Part shown: in pieces, positions 9,837 to 19,404 of the stretch
Position numbering within the stretch: the first letter of the stretch is position 1
How the letters are laid out: each line of letters opens with the position of its first letter
Sequence record: LR756508.1
Direction: 5' to 3' (one strand)
Length of the DNA stretch: 64,000 bases
Position numbers and translations under genes: made by a program
The notes under the pieces: generated by a model
Told to the model about the DNA's origin: nothing
What the model saw: the letters and a program-made list of their open reading frames with translations, nothing else
The model's database searches: none

Positions 9837-10688
9837 ATGAGGCTAAAGAAAATATTAAAAGAAAAGGTTGAAGATCAAGAAGCTCAAGAGCTTTTTAATG
9901 AGCTTGATGAATATCTTTTGACCGAAAACAAACTTTACCGAGGAATGAGAACTAATGTAGATACTTATATCCAGCGAACAGTAAGAGAGGGAAGGGTTCC
10001 TAATGCCACTACCAAAGCCGCTGACGTCTTTCTCAACACGTTACTTTCCAACCTTTTTCCAAGGCACCCAAAAAGAAGTAAATCTACCTTTGGAACTCCG
10101 AGTAAATCTTTCGCCACCAGCTTTGGAACCACTATCAATATGATCGTTCCAAAAAAGGATGCCAAAGTAAAGTTTTATGAAAGCGACACGTGGCCGAGAT
10201 ACACGTCCTCAATTGGAAATGAAATAAATGCTGGAACTCGAAAACTCAATAAACTCAGCGTCTCATTGGAAAACCAAACTCTTGGAAGAAAGTTTGAGAA
10301 ACTAAGAGAAAATTACAATAAAGAAATTGTTGATTTCATATATGGAGTATGGGAGATGAAAAGCTATGGAGACTCTGGAATTTTTGAAGATGTGATAAGT
10401 CAGTTTTCAAAACTCTCGACGCTATATGGAAATCTGAAATCTTTCTTCGAAACACAAAACGCCGAAGAAAACATAGAAGAAGAGATAATCTTTGCAGCAA
10501 AAAAATATTTACATGCTCTGAACACATTTAAAGAGTATGTGTCCAACGGACACGACGAGTACCACACAAATACTCGCGAAGTTATCGTGGAAGGAGATCA
10601 TCTCATTATTAATCCAAATTGGTTTGATAAGCACTTCGAGTGGTCCAAAGGTAATATTCAATTTAAACCAAAAACAAATGGAGAGTAG
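9837..10688 (+). CDS. ADP-ribosyltransferase-like paralog 3 with N-terminal leader
   Basis: MRLKKILKE; LYRG; HPKRSKSTFGTPS..ATSFG; REVIV. Confidence 0.6.
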   Translation: MRLKKILKEKVEDQEAQELFNELDEYLLTENKLYRGMRTNVDTYIQRTVREGRVPNATTKAADVFLNTLLSNLFPRHPKRSKSTFGTPSKSFATSFGTTINMIVPKKDAKVKFYESDTWPRYTSSIGNEINAGTRKLNKLSVSLENQTLGRKFEKLRENYNKEIVDFIYGVWEMKSYGDSGIFEDVISQFSKLSTLYGNLKSFFETQNAEENIEEEIIFAAKKYLHALNTFKEYVSNGHDEYHTNTREVIVEGDHLIINPNWFDKHFEWSKGNIQFKPKTNGE

Positions 10689-10828
10689 TGGTAATCAGTG
10701 ACTTAAATGTTTGAGTCAGATAGATTCGATATTAAACATGTTTAAATACCTTAGATCAATTAAATAAGGCCACAATAGATGTTATATAGGACAGCATGAG
10801 TGAGTTTTTTCACTATATGAGATAATAT

Positions 10829-11347
10829 ATGGCATCTGAAGACAACAGAAAGTTTGAGTATGGATGTGTGATGGCCAACCTCAAAATTCCATACTGGAAT
10901 TCATTTACAAACAGGATCGAAGAGCAGGACTTATATTATAAGCCTGACGATGATAGTTTTGGCCGGGAAGAAGATCCTCACGTCACTATCTTGTTTGGCC
11001 TGCACGAGCACATTCCCGATTCTTATATCGCCAAGGCTTGCAGTAAAATCAAGCCAATTCCAATTCAACTTAGAAGCATCTCAACATTTACCGATAACGA
11101 AGATTTCGATGTCCTAAAGTTTGACGTGAAGTCTTCATATTTGCACTTTTTAAACGAGGCGTTCAAAAAATTTCCATATACTTCTTCATATCCCTCTTAC
11201 AATCCACATCTCACAGTAGCCTACTTAAAAAAGGAAAAGGCTGAAAAATATTTCTGGCTATTCAACGAAATGCCAACTCAAGAGTTTTTGAGTGAAGAGA
11301 TTGTGTACTCGAAAACTTCCGGAGAAAAGCTTCGTTTCGATCTCTAA
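10829..11347 (+). CDS. 2H phosphoesterase (2'-5' RNA ligase/Acb1-like fold)
   Basis: Two HxT motifs: PHVTILFG and PHLTVAY. Confidence 0.8.
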   Translation: MASEDNRKFEYGCVMANLKIPYWNSFTNRIEEQDLYYKPDDDSFGREEDPHVTILFGLHEHIPDSYIAKACSKIKPIPIQLRSISTFTDNEDFDVLKFDVKSSYLHFLNEAFKKFPYTSSYPSYNPHLTVAYLKKEKAEKYFWLFNEMPTQEFLSEEIVYSKTSGEKLRFDL

Positions 11348-11362
11348 AGTCTATCCTGGTCG

Positions 11363-14300
11363 ATGTATAAAAACATCTATATCGAAGATCGCTATACCGA
11401 TCAACCTACCGTTCATATATGGGATTCTCAGAAAGGTCACATTGAGTTCGAATATAATAAAAAAATGTACGTCCGGTCACCCGATGGCGATTATACATCT
11501 CTTTATGGAGACCCTCTAGCAGAAGTTCCAGCCTCAAAAATCGATTATAATACGAAACAAAGGCTGCAGGATCGGTACGGGGAAGGTGAAGCTATATTTC
11601 AATCAGATCTTCAACTTGAAACTCAAATCTTATCGGAGGTCTACAGGGACGCAGAAGAGCCAAGTGAAGATGTAGAGACCCTCTTTTTCGATATTGAGGT
11701 TTCTATGGAGGGAGAACTCCCAAAGATTAGCACTGCGAATAACCCCATCACTTCAATTGCCTACACAGTCCGATCTACAGGCGAATCTAAAGTCTTAATC
11801 TGGGACCCCGAAAACGAAACAGAAAACTTCGAGCAGGAGGGAGTAGAGGTCATACCTTTTGAGGGGGAAGACCAGCTTCTTTATTCTTTTGTTGAAGAAT
11901 GGAGAGATATTGATCCTGATATAATTTCGGGATATAATGTCGATGGTTTTGATGTCCCTTATCTTTACAGGAGAATCAGTAAGGTAATTAACAACGACTT
12001 TGCAGATCGCTTGTCTCCGATTGAAGAAGTAGATTTTCGAAAAAATCGTGGAGAACGTGGCGAAGGTCGGTTTTTTATTGCTGGCGTCAGCTCTCTCGAT
12101 TACTACTCGCTTTATAAAAACTTTACTTTTACTGAGCTCGACTCATATTCTCTCGATAATGTGTCTAAAGAGGAATTAGATCGGGGGAAGGTGGAGTATA
12201 TGGGAAAAGAAATTGAGACCGAGGATGGAGAAACGGTTGTAATCGAAGATCTTGATGATTTGAAAGAATACGACCCTGAAGCCTTCGTTCGATATAATAT
12301 CGAAGATGCATGGCTTGTTAGAGACTTAGACGATAAATTTGACTTCATTGAACTGGCCAGAAAAATTTGTCACTTAGGGCACGTTCCCTATGAGGACATT
12401 TATATGAGTTCAAGATATATCGACGGCGCGTTTATCACGAGGCTTAATAAACGTGGAATTATTGCACCAAACGTTCACAGAATTGAGGATTTTGAATTGG
12501 ATGGATTTCATTCGGTTGGATCAAAAGAGATTAAGCTAAAAAATGAAATCCATCCTGACATTCCAAGAAAAGGAACAATTGGAATCCGAGTTTCCTCAGC
12601 CACGAAGAAAAAGGTAGATTATGATCGGATCGAGAAAGATAAGTTTATTTTAGAAGAACCAGTTGATTTTGAGGTTTTTGAAGATTATTCGATTGGACTT
12701 GAGTTCGAAGGTGCTTACGTAAAAGAACCTGATCCTGGCCTTTACGAATGGATTTACGATCTGGACTTAACCTCCATGTATCCTTCTATTATTATGTCCT
12801 TGAATATTTCTCCCGAAACGTTGGTTGGAAAAATTTATGACTGGAGCGCTGAAGGGTTTATTAAAGGTGAAAAAGAAACGTATAAAGTTTGGATTTTTGA
12901 TGAAGAAGAGTTTTCGGAATTTACTAATTCCGAGTTGGAGAAATTTCTGGAAGAAGGAGAATTTAGTGTAGCCGCAAATGGAGCTTTTTATAGAAATGAT
13001 AAGAAAGGTATTATCCCTGAGGTTCTTGAAGAGTGGTTTACGCTTCGGCAAGAATACAAGTCTACCAGAAACGAGTGGCGTGAAAAAGAAGGAGAAAAGG
13101 CTGAAGAAAAAGCTGAATACTACGATAAACTCCAACACGTCCATAAAATTTTGATTAACTGTTTCACTCCAGGTCATGAAATCGTAACGAAAGATGGAGT
13201 CAAAAATATTGAAGACGTAGAAGAAGGAGATTTTGTTTATTCAGTAGATCCCGAAACTGGCAACGTTCAGTATAAACCAGTTTCAAGAACCTACAGGCAA
13301 GAAAATTATGACGGAAATGTTGTTAACTTCCAGAATTCTTTCGTAGATTTCTCGGTTACGCCAAACCACGATATGGTTTATGGAGGTGACGAGATCTATA
13401 AAGAAAAAGCAGGAAACTGCCTAAATGATTCTGACGAGAGGCGAATGTGGTCACATGGAGCCCTAAGAAAAGACTCGCCAGTTCACGTCAGCCTCAAAAA
13501 TTTCTGTGATCGTTTGGGTGTCGATTACGAATATGACGTTCAAAAAGGCGTAATCAAAAGTTCAGGTACCCAGTCAACCTGGGTTAAAAATACATACCTG
13601 CTTCCTAACTTTCTAAAACTCTGTGGGCAGTATGTGTTTGGAGCGCAGTCTGAACCTGATGGCACCGATAGTGAATCTTACTCTATAGCTACGGAAAACA
13701 ATAAAAAGATTGAGGTCGAAAACACTATACTCCACAAGATACTCAAAGAAGATTTTGGAGAAGAAGCTCAAGATAAAAGAATTCCAGGTTGGATTTGGGA
13801 GTTGGATGGAGTCATTCTAAAAAACCTCTTGGAAACGATCTTTTCTGATGTGGAAAATAGAGACAGCTACCAGTATAAAACTGACCATGAAGAATTCGCG
13901 CAGGATGTAGTAAGACTGGCTTACCATTGTGGCTACAGGGCCGTTGTTGAGAGTCCTGCTAATGAAAATATTAGCTATTATGAAGTGTCAATTTACGAGG
14001 AAGATGGAGAAGTTCCTCCCATTTTAAAAGATAAGGACAGGGAATTAGAAGAGTATGATGGTCCTATCGTTTGTGTTGAGGTGGAAGACAATCATACGGT
14101 CCTGGCAGGAAAAAATGGTAAGTTCAACTTGATTGGCCAGTCGGTTTATGGTATTATGGGGTTGCCAAATTTTCGATTCTACAATGTATATAATGCGTCC
14201 GCCACTACACTTACTGGACAAGCAATTATCAAGTACACACAGAGAATGGGAGATCATTATTATAATAAAAAAATTGGAAAAGACGTTGAGTTTGAAGATG

Positions 14301-14416
14301 AATCTGAGATGAACATTGACTTTAATGAAACCTATTTAGTAATGCGAGATGGGATGAAGATGAAAGTGAAAGGAAAAGAACTTCAAGAGGAAGACGAGCT
14401 TGTAATTGAAGACTAA
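11363..14416 (+). CDS. polB: Family B DNA polymerase, N-terminal part (3'-5' exonuclease, motifs A and B), intein-containing
   Basis: FFDIEV, YNVDGFDVPYL, YNIEDA, DLDLTSMYPSII, KILIN|intein|SVYG. The ORF stops before motif C. Confidence 0.92.
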   Translation: MYKNIYIEDRYTDQPTVHIWDSQKGHIEFEYNKKMYVRSPDGDYTSLYGDPLAEVPASKIDYNTKQRLQDRYGEGEAIFQSDLQLETQILSEVYRDAEEPSEDVETLFFDIEVSMEGELPKISTANNPITSIAYTVRSTGESKVLIWDPENETENFEQEGVEVIPFEGEDQLLYSFVEEWRDIDPDIISGYNVDGFDVPYLYRRISKVINNDFADRLSPIEEVDFRKNRGERGEGRFFIAGVSSLDYYSLYKNFTFTELDSYSLDNVSKEELDRGKVEYMGKEIETEDGETVVIEDLDDLKEYDPEAFVRYNIEDAWLVRDLDDKFDFIELARKICHLGHVPYEDIYMSSRYIDGAFITRLNKRGIIAPNVHRIEDFELDGFHSVGSKEIKLKNEIHPDIPRKGTIGIRVSSATKKKVDYDRIEKDKFILEEPVDFEVFEDYSIGLEFEGAYVKEPDPGLYEWIYDLDLTSMYPSIIMSLNISPETLVGKIYDWSAEGFIKGEKETYKVWIFDEEEFSEFTNSELEKFLEEGEFSVAANGAFYRNDKKGIIPEVLEEWFTLRQEYKSTRNEWREKEGEKAEEKAEYYDKLQHVHKILINCFTPGHEIVTKDGVKNIEDVEEGDFVYSVDPETGNVQYKPVSRTYRQENYDGNVVNFQNSFVDFSVTPNHDMVYGGDEIYKEKAGNCLNDSDERRMWSHGALRKDSPVHVSLKNFCDRLGVDYEYDVQKGVIKSSGTQSTWVKNTYLLPNFLKLCGQYVFGAQSEPDGTDSESYSIATENNKKIEVENTILHKILKEDFGEEAQDKRIPGWIWELDGVILKNLLETIFSDVENRDSYQYKTDHEEFAQDVVRLAYHCGYRAVVESPANENISYYEVSIYEEDGEVPPILKDKDRELEEYDGPIVCVEVEDNHTVLAGKNGKFNLIGQSVYGIMGLPNFRFYNVYNASATTLTGQAIIKYTQRMGDHYYNKKIGKDVEFEDESEMNIDFNETYLVMRDGMKMKVKGKELQEEDELVIED
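13160..14140 (+). mobile_element. Intein 1 in PolB motif B (327 aa, Cys1, ends Gly-Gln, +1 Ser)
   Basis: KILIN|CFTPGHEIVTKDG...VTPNH...VCVEVEDNHTVLAGKNGKFNLIGQ|SVYG; eroded LAGLIDADG-like centre. Confidence 0.88.
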
Positions 14417-14474
14417 AAAAACCAACTACTAAAGTTTTCAGTTCATGGTGGTTTTTAACTTTTAGAGATGAGAA

Positions 14475-15287
14475 ATGAAACTAAAAAAAGTATATGAAAA
14501 CTTAATTTCCGAGGGAAGAACCGAAAAGCTTTCAAAGAAAAAGCTAATTGACATATACAATGAAAAAGTGGGGATTGAGCCTCACAAACTACCTTCCATT
14601 TATCGTGGAAAGAAGTCCAAAATGAAATATGGGTTCGTAGAACCAAGAAAATTTGAAAGAAGTTCTGCATATACCCTGAACTATTACACTCTCATTATTG
14701 ATAATAGTAAGCCCTGGAGTGATTATCCCGAGAGGTCGAAGTCTTTAGTCTGCACCACATCAAAAACGAAAGCTTCCGACTATGGAAGTGTGTATCGCGT
14801 TTTTCCGTTCCCAGGTGCTGAGATTGGAATAACACCAGAGAGTGATATCTGGGATTCTTTTTCTCAATTAGAAAACCAAGTTGATATTGATGATCTTCAA
14901 CACTTCAACTATACACTTAGAAAATTAGGCGAGTCATGCATTGGAAGAAAAACAAGTGATGAAAGTTGGAGTAAGTTTAAAAAAGACTTGAGCCAAATCG
15001 CTAACTGTGACAGTTTTAGTCAGTTGTATCAGACCGGAGAATATCCGCCAGAAATTGATCAATTCATAACTCCTTTTAAATTAAACATAAAAAGACTGGC
15101 TGACTACTTTTTTCCAAACTACACATCTTTTGTAGAAATGTTCGAAAATTTGCTTCATCCCGATAAAAACAATTTTGAGAAGAAGAAATTTGATTCGAAC
15201 GTTACTCTTCCTAAAGATATAGAAGCTTGGACTGATTCCCCTACTTTACTGGTTCGCGATGGCCATTTTCCTAAAGAGCTGGTTTAA
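14475..15287 (+). CDS. ADP-ribosyltransferase-like paralog 4 with N-terminal leader
   Basis: MKLKKVYENLISE; IYRG; YPERSKSLVCTTS..ASDYG; IEAWT. Confidence 0.6.
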   Translation: MKLKKVYENLISEGRTEKLSKKKLIDIYNEKVGIEPHKLPSIYRGKKSKMKYGFVEPRKFERSSAYTLNYYTLIIDNSKPWSDYPERSKSLVCTTSKTKASDYGSVYRVFPFPGAEIGITPESDIWDSFSQLENQVDIDDLQHFNYTLRKLGESCIGRKTSDESWSKFKKDLSQIANCDSFSQLYQTGEYPPEIDQFITPFKLNIKRLADYFFPNYTSFVEMFENLLHPDKNNFEKKKFDSNVTLPKDIEAWTDSPTLLVRDGHFPKELV

Positions 15288-15329
15288 ATTTGTTTGTTGT
15301 TAAAACTTTAATCTTAAAGAGAACATGAA

Positions 15330-16085
15330 ATGAAGCTAAAAAATCTGTTGTCCGAAGACTTAAGAGGCCAAAAATTAAGTTTAGAAAAAACAAAAGAGTT
15401 ATACCGTGAAAACTGTCAGGAGCACGGTTTTAACAACACTCAGATCTATCGAGGCGTTTCTGGACAACCCAAGCTCTATTTCTTAAATCCATCGAGAAAT
15501 AAACGAAGTTCTCCTTCGAGCGATGGTTATTACAGCCTCATCATGGATAACTCTGGATTTTGGAGTGGATATCCAAAGAGAAGTAAAAGTATTATCTGCT
15601 CGACTAGTCAGTCTTATGCTTCGAGTTTTGGAACGCTATATTTAGTTATTCCTTACGACAATTCTAATTTTGGGGTTTGTCCAAATGATGACATTTGGAG
15701 GTCATTTGACTTCTCTGAGTTTGAAGAAATTGATGACTTAATGAATTTTGACAATCATTTGAACAAAATTTCTGAAAAAATTTTGAATGAGAAATTGAAC
15801 AGTACCAATTTCAATAAATTCAAAGGTCAAATAATAGAAATAGGCAGGAAGATCGTAAATAATAAAGGATTGTCTTCAACATCTTTTCTATTAGAGAAGT
15901 ATTTGAATAGCACTGCAGACGACCTGCTTTTTTATATTGAGCGGCTTCTTGATCCCGAAAAAAATGGATTCAAGACTAAAGAATATACTTCAAAGTTTAA
16001 TCTTTTTGGAAACAGGGAAGTATGGTCCGATGGAGAGTTTCTGTTGATCCAGCATGATCTAATTGATTCTTTTAAGAAAAAATAG
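15330..16085 (+). CDS. ADP-ribosyltransferase-like paralog 5 with N-terminal leader
   Basis: MKLKNLLSE; IYRG; YPKRSKSIICSTS..ASSFG; REVWS. Confidence 0.6.
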   Translation: MKLKNLLSEDLRGQKLSLEKTKELYRENCQEHGFNNTQIYRGVSGQPKLYFLNPSRNKRSSPSSDGYYSLIMDNSGFWSGYPKRSKSIICSTSQSYASSFGTLYLVIPYDNSNFGVCPNDDIWRSFDFSEFEEIDDLMNFDNHLNKISEKILNEKLNSTNFNKFKGQIIEIGRKIVNNKGLSSTSFLLEKYLNSTADDLLFYIERLLDPEKNGFKTKEYTSKFNLFGNREVWSDGEFLLIQHDLIDSFKKK

Positions 16086-16090
16086 AAAAA

Positions 16091-16486
16091 ATGGTTATGG
16101 AGCACAAAAACTTGATACAAAAAGCGAGGAAAGCGAGAGAAAAAGCGTTTTGTCCATATAGCGAGTATCCAGTTGGAGCCGCTGTAGAGACTAATGAGGA
16201 CGTTTTTACTGGAGCTAACATCGAGGTTTCAGGACGTTCTACTTCGGTCCATGCTGAAATGCTTGCTTTTTTTCAAGCCGTTTATAACGGAGCGGAAGAA
16301 TTTCATAAAATGGCAGTTTCGCCGAAAAATCAGAGCGGAGAAGCGATTTGTGGGCTATGTCAACACACTGTTGCTCAGTTCACAGATGAACTGCTCATAA
16401 TTGAGGACTGTGGAGAAGAAGACCCTGAAACTTACAGATTATCCGAATTGATAGGACCTGCATATAGCCCCTCAACGAGGCATTAA
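16091..16486 (+). CDS. cdd: Cytidine deaminase
   Basis: AFCPYSEYPVGAA, GANIE, VHAE and CGLC zinc motifs. Confidence 0.88.
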   Translation: MVMEHKNLIQKARKAREKAFCPYSEYPVGAAVETNEDVFTGANIEVSGRSTSVHAEMLAFFQAVYNGAEEFHKMAVSPKNQSGEAICGLCQHTVAQFTDELLIIEDCGEEDPETYRLSELIGPAYSPSTRH

Positions 16487-16544
16487 GAAATGTATCACTT
16501 TTAAAAGAAGCATAAAATTACTGAATTCGAAATAGTGAAAGAGT

Positions 16545-17345
16545 GTGAGATTTAAAGACTTACTTCAGGAAGTTTCGGCTCCTTCAATTGAAAGTTTATC
16601 GGCTCAAGACTTTGCGGAGATTTATGCCGAGGCTTGGTATAGAAATTGGAGGCGAGAAGTAAAAAGGCTTGGAGATGATTATCCAAAAGTAAAAAATATT
16701 AGCCACCTGTTTGATCAGCTTGAAAATGAAGTTCATGCAGCAGCCATCCAAAGTGGCCACATAGGTTTTCTTTACGAATGTCTTAAGAATGGACGAATAA
16801 CAAAGAAGATAGCCTCTGGCCAGAGTGGCTTTGATAGTCCTGGAAAAAGAGAACCAGAAGTTGAGTTTAGAGGTGAAAAGTGCGCCTCTTACCAAGGAGG
16901 GTGTTACTATAATGCCTTGGATTTCATGAACAGAACTGAAAGAGATGACGTAGAACTGGCCTATGGACTAATGGTTGGTGAAAGGTTTTTAGAAGGAGTA
17001 TACAAGTCAATCGAGTCTTCGCTCGATTCTAATAATAGTAATTTGAATACAGGACTAACAGAGCACTCTTTTGTGCTGGTAAATGGAAATAAGATATTTG
17101 ATCCTACCCTCCCCCACTCCGAGTTAAAGAGTGAAACTTATGCTTACGAAACTGTTCCTTCTTCGGTTTGGAGAAAGTTTCCACATGATTTTGAAGACAA
17201 AAACTATTCAGCCAACGAATTTGCCGACTATATTGAGGTCGAGTTAGAAAATCATGTGGGTAGAGCTGGAATTAAAAAAAGGATCGAAGAGTATCACGAA
17301 AACTTCACTTCTCAAAAAAAACATTTTTCCTATAGCCAATCTTAA
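16545..17345 (+). CDS. Putative transglutaminase/papain-like (Cys-His-Asp) enzyme with N-terminal leader
   Basis: GTG start, MRFKDLLQE; GGCYYNA ... EHSFVL ... IFDPT in triad order. Confidence 0.5.
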   Translation: MRFKDLLQEVSAPSIESLSAQDFAEIYAEAWYRNWRREVKRLGDDYPKVKNISHLFDQLENEVHAAAIQSGHIGFLYECLKNGRITKKIASGQSGFDSPGKREPEVEFRGEKCASYQGGCYYNALDFMNRTERDDVELAYGLMVGERFLEGVYKSIESSLDSNNSNLNTGLTEHSFVLVNGNKIFDPTLPHSELKSETYAYETVPSSVWRKFPHDFEDKNYSANEFADYIEVELENHVGRAGIKKRIEEYHENFTSQKKHFSYSQS

Positions 17346-17421
17346 AGCGAATTTGACCGAACTTTTTAGTCAATTTTCTTACCTATTTCTGCATTTCTTC
17401 TCTTAATAATCAGTCTTCTGT

Positions 17422-19287
17422 ATGAAAACAAAGAAAATTAAAAATATTCCCGAATCAAAACTGAATCAGGACGGAGAAAAAGAATATTGCGTATACACCG
17501 ATTCCTGCCCCGGTTTTGAGCCTATAGTTGTTAAAAGTAAAGAAAGTGGGTTGATTGACGTAAGACTCATATCAGACCTTGAAAACCGTTGGCAGGAGTA
17601 TCTTGTTTGGAGCGATGAAGGTTTTGTAAGAATTAATAATTTTATTAAAAAACCGCTTCGAAAAAACCTCTTCACTGTCAGGACGCAAAGAGGTGTTGTT
17701 CATGTCACTGAGGACCATAGCCTAATCAAATCTTCGGGAGATCCAATAAAACCAAATAAAGTTGAAGTAGGAAACACGGAGCTTTTACACAAAAAAATCG
17801 GCAATTTTGAGCGGAAGACTGAATTTTCAAAAAAACGTGCTTGGTTTTTCGGATTTTTTACTGCAGTAGAAAATAGTAGATGCTCTAATTCCAAAGAAGA
17901 AAATAAAAAGTTAGATGAGGCTTTAAAACAAAAAATTAATGTATCAGCAGAAACCAAAAGGATAGTAGAGTCCGAAAGTTTCACAAAATCTCCTGTATAT
18001 CCAAGATCAGGTTTTGGAAGAGACTTTCCCTCTGGATCTGTAAATCTGTGTTATACAGAAGACAAAAAACTGAAAGTTCCGCCTCAAATTTTAAATGCCA
18101 AAAGAAGTGAAACTATCGAAGCATTTTTGGAAGGCTACAGTGATGGCGACGATCAGATTAATCGAAATTCTTCTAAAAGAAGGTACTGGTTTGATTCTCC
18201 CGTGTTAGCCCAAGGAATTAACCTTTTATTTAATAAATTAGATCAATTAATGGAGGTTGATTATCTAAGAAGTGATGAAAAAGAAAGTATTGGGTTAAGC
18301 AGCCAGGATTCTTGGAAAGAAGAATCAGAAAAAGTAGAGCAAATTGAAGAGTTTGAATACAAGGGAGATTATGTTTACGACTTGGAAACCGAAAACCATC
18401 ATTTTGCCTGTGGAGTAGGCTCCATTGTTGTCCATAACACCGACTCGGTGTTTTATCCAGCAGAGCCGATTGTTGAAAAGCAGATGCCGAATGTAGACAC
18501 CGAAGATGAAGAGGGTATGACCGATGCAATTTTAGAGATTGCAGATGAGGTCGAGGATTATCTTAACGCCTGCTATAACCATTTCGCTAGAGAATTAGCT
18601 CACATTCCTGAAGATAAAAAGCACTGGTTTGAAATTAAACAGGAGCTTGTAGCCAAGTCTGGCCTTTGGGTTCGGAAAAAAAGATATGCCCAGTGGATTA
18701 TCAACGACGAAGGTGATCCAACAGACGAGTTGGACGTGAAAGGGCTTGATATTATCCGCTCCGATTTCCCTACTGCCTTTCGAGAGCTTCTAGAAGATGT
18801 TATTGTTTCGATCCTTAAAGGCTCGGATAAAAAAGAAATAGACAAAAAGGTTCTCGATTTCCGAGAGAATCTTAAAAATTTGAATCTTGAGGACGTGGCG
18901 AGGCCAACTAAAGTAGGAGACCTTGAAGACTACCATACCGATGATTTTGGAAGAACTCAAAAAGGTACTCCCGCTCACTTTGCCGGAGCGTTAAATTACA
19001 ACGACTTGATCAGGCACTTTGGACTTGAAAAAGAAGTTTCTCCTATCAAAAGCGGATCAAAGATCAAGTGGGTTTATTTAAATAAAAACAATCTTGGCTT
19101 CGAGAAGATGGCTTTCAAAGGTCAAGGAAATCCTAAGAAGATAATAGAGTTTTTAAAAGACAATACTGACTTCGTAAAACTTTACGAAAAAAGCCTCAAG
19201 AGTAAAGTTGAAGCTGTTTATGAAGCTATGGACTGGAACTTTCCATCCGAAAACAAACGGCAGGCTCAGAAGTTTTTCAGCATGTGA
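17422..19287 (+). CDS. polB: Family B DNA polymerase, C-terminal part (motif C, thumb), intein-containing
   Basis: YCVYTD|intein|TDSVF gives YTDTDS after splicing; KKRYA, VKGLDIIRSD; C-terminal QAQKFFSM clamp-binding-like tail. Confidence 0.92.
   Translation: MKTKKIKNIPESKLNQDGEKEYCVYTDSCPGFEPIVVKSKESGLIDVRLISDLENRWQEYLVWSDEGFVRINNFIKKPLRKNLFTVRTQRGVVHVTEDHSLIKSSGDPIKPNKVEVGNTELLHKKIGNFERKTEFSKKRAWFFGFFTAVENSRCSNSKEENKKLDEALKQKINVSAETKRIVESESFTKSPVYPRSGFGRDFPSGSVNLCYTEDKKLKVPPQILNAKRSETIEAFLEGYSDGDDQINRNSSKRRYWFDSPVLAQGINLLFNKLDQLMEVDYLRSDEKESIGLSSQDSWKEESEKVEQIEEFEYKGDYVYDLETENHHFACGVGSIVVHNTDSVFYPAEPIVEKQMPNVDTEDEEGMTDAILEIADEVEDYLNACYNHFARELAHIPEDKKHWFEIKQELVAKSGLWVRKKRYAQWIINDEGDPTDELDVKGLDIIRSDFPTAFRELLEDVIVSILKGSDKKEIDKKVLDFRENLKNLNLEDVARPTKVGDLEDYHTDDFGRTQKGTPAHFAGALNYNDLIRHFGLEKEVSPIKSGSKIKWVYLNKNNLGFEKMAFKGQGNPKKIIEFLKDNTDFVKLYEKSLKSKVEAVYEAMDWNFPSENKRQAQKFFSM
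17503..18438 (+). mobile_element. Intein 2 in PolB motif C (312 aa, Ser1, His-Asn end, +1 Thr)
   Basis: YTD|SCPGFEPIVV...VTEDHSL...AFLEGYSDGD...VYDLETENHHF..IVVHN|TDS. Confidence 0.92.
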
Positions 19288-19404
19288 ATATCGATTTAAA
19301 TGAACAGTTTCACGGCATTATAATAAGTGCTGCCTATACTTATAATTGAATATTGAATGCGGATAAGGTTAACTTAGCTATTTTAATCAAATCAGTTACA
19401 AAAA

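Noticed and set aside
16091-16486. DNA/RNA-editing deaminase
   Set aside because: It has the PYS and GANIE hallmarks of free-nucleoside cytidine deaminase, consistent with nucleotide salvage.
14416-17422. Group I/II intron or functional trans-splicing split intein joining the PolB halves
   Set aside because: The gap holds four ordinary genes and I saw no intron core or maturase. The flanking peptides lack Cys/Ser1, the block-B His and the terminal His-Asn, so splicing chemistry is not supported.
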